In this document: one piece after another, positions 8,608-16,259 of the stretch
Layout of the letters: each line of letters begins with the position of its first letter
Numbering within the stretch: position 1 is the first letter of the stretch
Origin: Desulfobacteraceae bacterium
GTDB lineage: Bacteria; Desulfobacterota; Desulfobacteria; Desulfobacterales; UBA11574
DNA length: 36,256 bases
Assembly: GCA_030613575.1 (NCBI GenBank)
Contig: JAUWLP010000003.1
Coordinates: 1 to 36,256 of the forward strand
Reading direction: 5' to 3'
The notes under the pieces: model-generated
The model's input: only the letters and a program-made list of their open reading frames with translations
Database searches by the model: none
What the model was told of the DNA's origin: nothing
Translations under genes and position numbers: made by a program

Positions 8608-10211
8608 AACAATTCTCATCGGAAACTTACGAAATAGAACAGCGTTTTGTCGAATTGTATTCCCTTGGCCATAATGGACCTATGGTTGAGGCGCCGTTTT
8701 ACCTTCACGCCCTGGGGTTTGACAGCGAACCAGGGAGACTCGGAGCGGAACTCATCTCTTCTTTCAATAAGCTGGCACAAAAAGACAAAGAACTGTCCAA
8801 GTATGCATTGGATTTTACGGATGCCACCAATTTCCCCGAGACTATTGTCTTGATTGATGCTTCCAACGACCGGCTTCCGACCGGCCCTGAATCCTTTCGG
8901 GTATTACAGGACGAGACAACACGGTCAGGTATAAAGGCTCGTTGTTTACTGGTGAACACAAAGGAAGAACTGATGGAGGCTGTGAATGAAAACCCCAAGT
9001 CTACCTTGGTTATAAGTGAATGTGTTGACTCCAGTGCGTACAACGTTGAAGTCCTGGAGATTCTCGAGCGTATGGGAGTTATTGTACTGCCCGGGCGGGT
9101 CACGGCACCGGGGTACATCTTCTCCGACAAAGGGACCACCTACCAGATGCTTCAAGATGCGGGACAAGAAAATCTGCTGGCACGATACGTATTGGCACCT
9201 GCATCACAAATGAACACTTCCCGGGTAGTTTCGACTATTTTAGATAGTGTAGATGAATACTCTCGAAAATGGAAAACCAACCGCTTCTTTGTAAAACCAG
9301 TCACTGGCGGCAGCGGTGTAGGAGGATTCCGGATATCGCTCACAAACAAAGGGTATTTCGTTCCCGACCTTTCCAAGGTCACCGGAGATGCTTTAGAAGT
9401 CCATCCCATCCATATGGACGTGGATCCGCAGGACGACCACAGGCTTGACGAACTCTTGTGGATTTTTTCCTTGTTTTCAGCCGACCCATATTACAGCAGG
9501 CAATACATGTGGGTGAGCCTTGAGACGCTGAAGCACCGCTATGGAACCGACGATGACCGGGAGGCACTCAGGCAGCACCTGTTAAAGACTATCGCAATCC
9601 ACACAGCCAAGGTTGAAGAGAGAAGTCTGGACCGCAACAGTATGCACGCAAAGCTTGAAGATGCTGTCCGGCAATACGAAGGGTACTTCTCCAAACGATA
9701 TGATCCGGTAATCTGCGAGTATATCGACTTCGGAGCATGGGGACTCAGAGCTCACTATCGCCTCACCGACCGGGGCATACAGCTCGAGTGCGTATACGCC
9801 AGGATTTTTCAGTTGGCCCTGACCGAAGAAGGGGCCTGTTATGTCGGTTCCGACAACATTTCCAACAAACACACCGGGGTGCTCGAGGCTGTGCGGCTTA
9901 CCCCCATAAAAGAAGTCATGGTTAATACAGTAGGGGGCAGCGCTGCTTTCCAAGACCTTCTCAGGAAAGGAGGCCTGGCCGCTTCGGCGCTTGTTTCTAC
10001 TCAGGAACCTGAATTGCGCCGCCGCATCCCGGTGCGCTGCCAGATGGACTTAGCACCTATTGGTGGGAAAATAGGAGAAGGCAACGCAGACACAGCCAGA
10101 GGACAAGCCCTGGGGACGAAATGGCCTGACTTCGTAGCCAACATGCGGGAGTGGTTCAAGGATTGCTTAAGACTCTATTCTCTCCGAAGATCAGTCAATG
10201 AGAAAACTTGA
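8604..10211 (+). CDS. Atypical ATP-grasp-fold protein with large insertion
   Basis: FSDK, FFVKPVTGGSGVGG, VICEYID and QMDL...GEGN (ExN) motifs; ATGA overlap with the upstream gene; GGAGG RBS. Confidence 0.7.
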   Translation: MKQFSSETYEIEQRFVELYSLGHNGPMVEAPFYLHALGFDSEPGRLGAELISSFNKLAQKDKELSKYALDFTDATNFPETIVLIDASNDRLPTGPESFRVLQDETTRSGIKARCLLVNTKEELMEAVNENPKSTLVISECVDSSAYNVEVLEILERMGVIVLPGRVTAPGYIFSDKGTTYQMLQDAGQENLLARYVLAPASQMNTSRVVSTILDSVDEYSRKWKTNRFFVKPVTGGSGVGGFRISLTNKGYFVPDLSKVTGDALEVHPIHMDVDPQDDHRLDELLWIFSLFSADPYYSRQYMWVSLETLKHRYGTDDDREALRQHLLKTIAIHTAKVEERSLDRNSMHAKLEDAVRQYEGYFSKRYDPVICEYIDFGAWGLRAHYRLTDRGIQLECVYARIFQLALTEEGACYVGSDNISNKHTGVLEAVRLTPIKEVMVNTVGGSAAFQDLLRKGGLAASALVSTQEPELRRRIPVRCQMDLAPIGGKIGEGNADTARGQALGTKWPDFVANMREWFKDCLRLYSLRRSVNEKT

Positions 10212-10272
10212 CAGCGCATCGTAATTATTTCAAATCTATCTCTTTCGATGTGTCTTGTGGCTGAACTATTAC

Positions 10273-11058
10273 CTATAGATCTATTTTCATAAGATCCTCT
10301 GCAAGGAGCAGCGGGCCGGAATAGGTTTTTCGGCACTGTTTTTCGATATCGACCTGATCGCATTCCGGATAAAAATGGGTCAAAACCAGTTTGCGGACAT
10401 TGGCCCGGGTTGCAATCTCGCCTGCCAGAGAGGGGGTAAGATGCCCCTTTACCTTCAATTCATCGGGAAGAGCCGATTCACAAATAAGAAGATCCGCATC
10501 CTTTGAAAGCGTCACCAGATTATCGGAAAAATCCGTATCACCGGAATAGACCATGGATATTCCGCCGGCACTTGTTATTTTGTATGCAATACTCTCCGGG
10601 TTGTGCTCAACCGGAAGTGATTCAACATTAAAATCATCAAACCTTCTCATGTCATGACCGTTATTGTCGAGTTCAACAATGTTTAAAAGACCCGGCGCGA
10701 GTTCGATCCAATGACCATAAACATTTTTCAGGTTGTCATAAAACGTTGAAAATCCCCTCCCAGCCACCAATGTAAGCGGAATTTTACGCCGGCTCCCATC
10801 AGGGTATTTGTTGGCGAATAAAAACGGGACCAGTTCACCGGTATGATCCGGGTGGAAATGGCTGTAAAAAACAAAGGAAATATCAAAAATGTCTATGCCG
10901 GCTTCAAGAAGTCTTCGCATGGTGCCGGCTCCGGAATCGAAAACAAGCAATTTGTCCCTTATTTTCGTAAGTATCGAGCATGAGCTTCGCCTGAGAGAAG
11001 GGACACATGTTCCTGAACCGAGAATGGTCACCGATATTTCCATATTATCAGAACTCAT
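10273..11058 (-). CDS. MBL-fold metallo-hydrolase (RNase Z/BN-like)
   Basis: LGSGT, SHFHPDH, VEH, YSGDT and LVLTHFYP motifs. Confidence 0.9.
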   Translation of the reverse strand: MSSDNMEISVTILGSGTCVPSLRRSSCSILTKIRDKLLVFDSGAGTMRRLLEAGIDIFDISFVFYSHFHPDHTGELVPFLFANKYPDGSRRKIPLTLVAGRGFSTFYDNLKNVYGHWIELAPGLLNIVELDNNGHDMRRFDDFNVESLPVEHNPESIAYKITSAGGISMVYSGDTDFSDNLVTLSKDADLLICESALPDELKVKGHLTPSLAGEIATRANVRKLVLTHFYPECDQVDIEKQCRKTYSGPLLLAEDLMKIDL

Positions 11059-12035
11059 TTTTTGCCTGCTTTTTTTTCAATCTTGTTTATGATCCACCTT
11101 AAGAGCTTTTTCTCATCCTTATAATCAACAACCTCTTTTAGGTCTGTAAACGGAATTTCAGCGCGCGCCATGCTTTTATGGCCGCCGCCGGATCCGAAAC
11201 TCAGTTTGGCAACCTTTCCGGCATCCTTGCGAAGCCCGTCATTTCGGAAGACAAGGACCAGTTTTTTATTATATAAACCAGAGACAATGCTCCAGTTTGC
11301 AGAATTTATTTTCATGAAAAAATCTGCTATTAGCACACAGACATCAGGGTTTACGACCGTCCCAAGATGGGCAAAGATTTTCCCTTTTCGCATGCGCCTG
11401 TTTTCGAGTGCGCTTTTGAAATATTTTAAAAAATCGAGCCTGATTTCTGACTGCTCGATTTTACGGGCAAGGTGGATATTGGCATATCGATAAAGAAACT
11501 GAAATGCCCTGACATCTTCAGTTAAGGTTTGCCGCTCAAAATTACATGTATCTGTTTTAATGGCATGAAAGAGACCGGTAGATAGTTTGGCAGAAGGTTT
11601 AATTTTGGCTGCCCTTATGTATTCGGTCATTATGCTGGCAGTGGCTCCGTATTTAGGGCGGATATCAGAAAAATTTGCGTGGACGTCCGTCTCAGGATGA
11701 TGATCTATAACGACATCCGGCGGATACTCTGTAAATATTTCATTATGGTCCGGTTGGGAATCGACAATTACAAAACGGGTGAAGCGATCTTTGACAATGT
11801 CTTTAATTGGAACAAGTTCGACACCCAATAGTCGGATCATGGCAATATTGTCCGGACGTTTAATGATGTTGATATTGGATATGGTTACACCGGATACTTT
11901 GCGCCAGAGCAATCTTTTGACAGCCATAGCGCTTGCAATGGCATCCGGATCGGCGTTAATAACAATGAGAACATTATCTTCGCCTGAAAACTGATCATAA
12001 AAACGACGCAATTTTTCGGCAGCAGAGAGTGTCAT
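11055..12035 (-). CDS. DHH/DHHA1 family phosphoesterase (NrnA-like)
   Basis: ADPDA, IVD, IDHH, IKTDT and GGGH motifs. Confidence 0.9.
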   Translation of the reverse strand: MTLSAAEKLRRFYDQFSGEDNVLIVINADPDAIASAMAVKRLLWRKVSGVTISNINIIKRPDNIAMIRLLGVELVPIKDIVKDRFTRFVIVDSQPDHNEIFTEYPPDVVIDHHPETDVHANFSDIRPKYGATASIMTEYIRAAKIKPSAKLSTGLFHAIKTDTCNFERQTLTEDVRAFQFLYRYANIHLARKIEQSEIRLDFLKYFKSALENRRMRKGKIFAHLGTVVNPDVCVLIADFFMKINSANWSIVSGLYNKKLVLVFRNDGLRKDAGKVAKLSFGSGGGHKSMARAEIPFTDLKEVVDYKDEKKLLRWIINKIEKKAGKK

Positions 12036-12270
12036 ATGGACGCTTCTTCCTCAGGTAGTCTTAAACAAAACGCATTTAACTTACAATATCTTACAAAAAA
12101 ATTTAATGCAATCATACTTTTTTCGATTCATGTAAAGCAAAAAAAATTTGTTTATCTGCTTGACAGTTACGAATAATATTTGTTACCTATCTGTGATTTT
12201 TTTAGAGGCATTATCAAATATCAAAATAATGCTTCAAATTTAAAGAACATAATCAGCATAATCAGACAGT

Positions 12271-12554
12271 ATGGCGAAACAAAAAAAAAACATCTCGATT
12301 ATAAAAAAAATCAGCCCTGGGTCGAAAATCTTTACATTGTAACGCAACTGGGCCTTACAATGGTCGGCTGCATCGCTTTTTGTTTTTTTATCGGACTATA
12401 TCTTGACAAATGGTTGGGAACCAAGGGGATTTTCATAACCATATTTATCATTTTAGGTGTTATCGGCGGCGCAAACGTTGTATACCGTCAGATTCTCGAG
12501 ATAACAGAACCAAAGGAAAATGATAAATTAAATTCCAACAATGGAACAGATTAG
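12271..12554 (+). CDS. AtpZ/AtpI-family membrane protein; probable start at 12271 is frameshifted at an A10 run
   Basis: Two-TM pattern QLGLTMVGCIAFCFFIGLYLDKWLGT...GVIGG. The track start TTG 12180 lies inside the promoter (TTGACA 12160-12165). The ATG at 12271 is one base out of frame across A10 (12281-12290). Confidence 0.7.
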
Positions 12555-12927
12555 ACAGACACAAAAAAAATACTGTTCCGCAGCAATCGCTGTGGCAATT
12601 TTTGCAGGACTTCTTTTTATCCTGGCCGATCAAAAACCGATTGGCAAAGCACTAATTTTGGGGACAGTTTTCAGTATTGTAAATTTTATTTTAATTGGTG
12701 AAACACTTCCGCTAAGAATTGGCAAATCAAAAGGTAAAACATTTTTTATATCATTAGGTTCGATATATTTCAGATATATTATTTTGGCTATACCACTTAT
12801 AATGGCTATTAAACTTGAACAATTTAACCTTTTTGCCGTAATTTTTGGTATCTTTATGGTCCAGATTGTAATAATGGCCGATCATTTTTATAACTATATA
12901 TCTTCTGCCCGCAGAAAACAATTTTGA
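12541..12927 (+). CDS. atpI: ATP synthase protein I (4 TM)
   Basis: Four hydrophobic segments, G....IVNF motif and RY; sits before subunit a. Confidence 0.8.
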   Translation: MEQIRQTQKKYCSAAIAVAIFAGLLFILADQKPIGKALILGTVFSIVNFILIGETLPLRIGKSKGKTFFISLGSIYFRYIILAIPLIMAIKLEQFNLFAVIFGIFMVQIVIMADHFYNYISSARRKQF

Positions 12928-13078
12928 CGGTTTCGTAAAAAGCCCAACTTCTGCGTTGTGCTGCATTTTGTAATCATTCAACGTACGAAAAGTACGCCTC
13001 ATGATTACAAAATTTGCACGCCTTGAATTTGAACTTTTTACGAAACCGTCTAAATCGGACTTTTTACGAGTTCATCAA
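12926..13078. mobile_element. MITE-like palindromic element within the atp operon
   Basis: Perfect 17-bp TIRs GACGGTTTCGTAAAAAG (12926-12942) and CTTTTTACGAAACCGTC (13034-13050), an internal IR ATTTTGTAATCAT/ATGATTACAAAAT, and a third related end GACTTTTTACGAGTTCATCAA (13058-13078). Confidence 0.75.
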
Positions 13079-13096
13079 TTTTAGGACAACAATATT

Positions 13097-13768
13097 ATGC
13101 AAGAATTAGGTAGAATACACCAGTTGATAATCCCTTTTATGGGACGTGAAATCATTTTCAATCTTGAAGTCATGTTTATGACCTGGATTGTCATCACAGT
13201 GCTGCTTGTTTTCGGTTTTTTTGCCACTCGAAAAGCAAGTATGCTTCCCGGGCCGGTACAGGTATCTGGAGAAATATTCGTAAAAATGATTTACGATATG
13301 ACCGAAGATGCGCTGGGCGAACGTTCAAAAACATATGCCCCCCTTATATGCGCTTTGTTCATGTTTTTACTTACCTGCAACTGGATAGGGCTGTTTCCCC
13401 ATCTTCATGAGCCCACGAAAGATCTTAATACACCGTTAAGTCTCGGCATTATGGGGTTTTTTATTGCCCATTATGCTGGAATAAGGGCCAAGGGTATTGG
13501 TTCATATCTTAAAGAATACTGCGAGCCGATCTTTTTGATGGCACCGCTAAATGTTATCGGAGAACTTGCCAAAGTGGTTTCCATCTCCTTTCGTCTGTTT
13601 GGAAACATCATGGGCGGCTCGATCATTATCCTTGTAGTATCGTATCTGACTTTTAGCATTCTTCTTCCACCGTTTCTTAATTTCTTTTTCGTGATTTTCA
13701 TAGGTGCAATTCAGGCCTTTGTCTTTACAATGCTAACACTTGTTTATATTTCGGTACAGGTACATTAA
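13097..13768 (+). CDS. atpB: ATP synthase Fo subunit a
   Basis: PTKDLN, SISFRLFGNI (essential Arg) and IQAFVFTMLTLVY. Confidence 0.95.
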   Translation: MQELGRIHQLIIPFMGREIIFNLEVMFMTWIVITVLLVFGFFATRKASMLPGPVQVSGEIFVKMIYDMTEDALGERSKTYAPLICALFMFLLTCNWIGLFPHLHEPTKDLNTPLSLGIMGFFIAHYAGIRAKGIGSYLKEYCEPIFLMAPLNVIGELAKVVSISFRLFGNIMGGSIIILVVSYLTFSILLPPFLNFFFVIFIGAIQAFVFTMLTLVYISVQVH

Positions 13769-13771
13769 CAT

Positions 13772-14746
13772 ATGGCATATGATATTCAAACATGGGGGAA
13801 TATTGCTGCTTTTGTCGGAGGCGGAATGTGCATGGGAGTCGGCGCAATAGGAGCAGCTATTGGTGAGGGTTATACGGCGGCGGAAGCCAATTTGGCTATA
13901 TCGAGGAACGCGGAATCGGCCGGCGATATTTTTAAATCCATGCTGATTGGGCAGGCCATTGCTGAGTCTGCCTCGATTTTTGCCCTGGTAATTGCGATGA
14001 TACTGCTGTTTACGAAGTTCTCGGTAACGTCTTATGTAACAGTATGTGCTATATTCGCGGCGGGATTATCAATGGGATTTGGGGCTATCGGTTCCGGCAT
14101 AGGCGCAGGTTTTCCGGCCGGGGCCGCCTGTACCGGCATGTCCCGGCAGCCGGCCATGAGCGGCAAATTAACCACAAATATGCTAATCGGTTCAGCAGTG
14201 TGCCAGACCCCATCTATTTTTGCACTTGTAGTATCCTTTATTTTGTTATTTACAGATTTTTCCGGATATCCGGTTTCACCTGGATGGGCGGCTATGCTGG
14301 GTGCAGGGCTTGCTATCGGACTGGGTGCCATAGGCTCGGGTATCGGTGGCGGCGTGGTTGCCGAATCGAGTTGTGATGGAATTGCAAGGCAGCCCCTAAC
14401 GATAACACCTGTAACAAATGTAATGCTTCTGGGGCAGGCCATTGCTCAAACCCCGGCCATATTGGGCCTTTTAATTAGTTTTATTCTTATCTATAAGGGC
14501 TTTCCCGCAACAGACTCGCTTGCCCCCTCCATGGCCCTGCTTGGGTCTGGTATATGTATGGGAGTGGGTGCTATCGGTCCGGGGATCGGTGAAGGCATAG
14601 CCTCTAGTGGCGGAGTAAAAGCGATAGCAAGAAACCAGGAAGTTGTTGGAGTTATAATGCGGTCGATGTTGGTAGGAATGGCTGTTGCCGAGTCAACAGC
14701 AATATACTCAATGGTTATTGCACTGGTCATGATTTTTGTGGCGTGA
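13772..14746 (+). CDS. atpE: Quadruplicated (four-hairpin) ATP synthase c subunit
   Basis: Four ~80-aa c repeats, each with a GxGAIG.GIG helix and an RN/RQP loop. Ion sites read AESASIF (E65), CQTPSIF (Q145), AQTPAIL (Q226) and AESTAIY (E307). Confidence 0.9.
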   Translation: MAYDIQTWGNIAAFVGGGMCMGVGAIGAAIGEGYTAAEANLAISRNAESAGDIFKSMLIGQAIAESASIFALVIAMILLFTKFSVTSYVTVCAIFAAGLSMGFGAIGSGIGAGFPAGAACTGMSRQPAMSGKLTTNMLIGSAVCQTPSIFALVVSFILLFTDFSGYPVSPGWAAMLGAGLAIGLGAIGSGIGGGVVAESSCDGIARQPLTITPVTNVMLLGQAIAQTPAILGLLISFILIYKGFPATDSLAPSMALLGSGICMGVGAIGPGIGEGIASSGGVKAIARNQEVVGVIMRSMLVGMAVAESTAIYSMVIALVMIFVA

Positions 14747-14789
14747 TTTAACCTGAAATTTTAACCAAAATGTTTTTAGGAGGAAAAAA

Positions 14790-15038
14790 ATGGCAATTGA
14801 AGGTGCAGACGTTATCAGAGCAGCGGCTTTTATAGGAGCAGGTATTGCAATGGGGTTTGGCGCAATCGGTCCTGGTGTAGGCGAAGGCCTGGTTGCAGCA
14901 AGAGCATGTGAAGCAATCGGAAAGAATCCCAAAGAGGCAGGTCTTTTGACCCGAACCATGCTTGTTGGTCAAGCGGTTGCCGAGTCAACCGGAATATATT
15001 CACTGGTTATTGCGTTATTGCTCTTATTTGTTGTGTAA
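14790..15038 (+). CDS. atpE: ATP synthase Fo subunit c, Na+-type
   Basis: GPGVGEG (E32) and [11 protein letters not shown] (E65, S66, T67, Y70). Confidence 0.95.
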   Translation: MAIEGADVIRAAAFIGAGIAMGFGAIGPGVGEGLVAARACEAIGKNPKEAGLLTRTMLVGQAVAESTGIYSLVIALLLLFVV

Positions 15039-15161
15039 TTTAAATTAGTTAAATTTTTCTGACTTTATAACCGAAAAAAGTTTATAGTAATTTTCCCTTA
15101 AAATATAGCATTAACGTTTATTTTTGCTGAAAGTGGCAGATAATATTTCTTGATGTAGTTT

Positions 15162-15190
15162 AGGACAGTTAAGAATTTTTACTTTATAAT
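15162..15190 (+). promoter_or_regulatory. Possible internal promoter for the b subunits
   Basis: AGGACA-17 bp-TATAAT in the 180-bp AT-rich gap. Confidence 0.35.
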
Positions 15191-15219
15191 GTTTATACAT
15201 TAATTTTGGAAGACATCTT

Positions 15220-15675
15220 ATGCACATTGTCAGCAACATAGCCCTTATAAGTATAAATGGGACGTTATTTTTTCAGCTGATTTCGTTTCTGATCTTCCTG
15301 TTTATTATAAACCGGCTTATGTTTCGTCCTTTACGAGGCGTAATGAGTGAAAGAGATAACCATATCGAGAAAATCAAACAGGATATTATTGATTCAGAAA
15401 ATGAGCTCAAGAATGTAACAAACCAACTTCAACAAGAGGAGTCAGCAGCTAAGGATGAGGCTTTTGAGTTACAGCAAGAACTCGAAGCTGAAGCAAGCCG
15501 ACAAGCTGGTGAAATATTTGTTTTTGTTAGGGACGAAATTGAAACCATAAAAGAGAAGGCTCAAAAAGAAATTGACGCTCAGATATCTGAAGCCAGAAAA
15601 GATATCCGGAAGGAATCTGAAGCCCTGGCATTCAGTATCATGGAAAAGATTCTGGATCGGAGACTGGTTCCATGA
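15220..15675 (+). CDS. atpF: ATP synthase Fo subunit b'
   Basis: INGTLFFQLISFLIFLFIINRLMFRPL..VMSER followed by a charged coiled coil. Confidence 0.9.
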   Translation: MHIVSNIALISINGTLFFQLISFLIFLFIINRLMFRPLRGVMSERDNHIEKIKQDIIDSENELKNVTNQLQQEESAAKDEAFELQQELEAEASRQAGEIFVFVRDEIETIKEKAQKEIDAQISEARKDIRKESEALAFSIMEKILDRRLVP

Positions 15676-16259
15676 AAAGAGTTAATAAAACAGTTAGGTT
15701 GTGCTGCTTTATCGTAGCGGGAGCCACTAGTTTTCATTTTTTAGGACTTGACGCTCTGGCATCTGAAGGTTCAGGCGGCTGGCGACCCATATATGATGAA
15801 ATTCTATTATGGATTAATTTCGGAATCATCGCCTTTGTTTTTGTTAAATACGGAAAAACGCCTTTAATGAATTTCTTGCGGGGTCAAAAAGAGAAAATAG
15901 CACAGGATATAGAACGAGTAGAGCAAAAGAAGGAAAAGGCTGCAAATAGAATCAAAGAAATCCAAAAAGTGCTTGATGAAAAAGATGCTCGCTTTGCTAT
16001 AATAAAAGATCGAATTGTTCGACAAGGAGAAAGGAAAAAGCAGGAAATTGTCGAATCTGCTCAGCAGCAAAGTAAAATGATGCTAAATGATGCCAGGCGA
16101 AGGATAGATAGCCAATTTGGCCAGGCAAAAAGAGCGTTCCGGGCGGAATTGATAGACGCAGCAATCGAATTGGCCATGCAAAGACTTCCCCAAGAGATTA
16201 CTGATGAAGACAACGATAAATTCTCGGACCAATACCTGGCCAGCAAATTATCAGACTAA
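15672..16259 (+). CDS. atpF: ATP synthase Fo subunit b
   Basis: Leader, [23 protein letters not shown] and coiled coil; ATGA overlap. Confidence 0.88.
   Translation: MKRVNKTVRLCCFIVAGATSFHFLGLDALASEGSGGWRPIYDEILLWINFGIIAFVFVKYGKTPLMNFLRGQKEKIAQDIERVEQKKEKAANRIKEIQKVLDEKDARFAIIKDRIVRQGERKKQEIVESAQQQSKMMLNDARRRIDSQFGQAKRAFRAELIDAAIELAMQRLPQEITDEDNDKFSDQYLASKLSD

Noticed and set aside
10212-10290. Weak resemblance between ...GAGATAGATTTGAAATAA and the MBL gene end, as a possible insertion-site duplication for the ATP-grasp cassette
   Set aside because: The match is too short and degenerate, and no corresponding repeat was found at the gltA side.
12180-12270. TTG-started N-terminal extension of the AtpZ-like ORF
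   Set aside because: It starts within the predicted promoter, has no RBS and is low-complexity AT-rich sequence.
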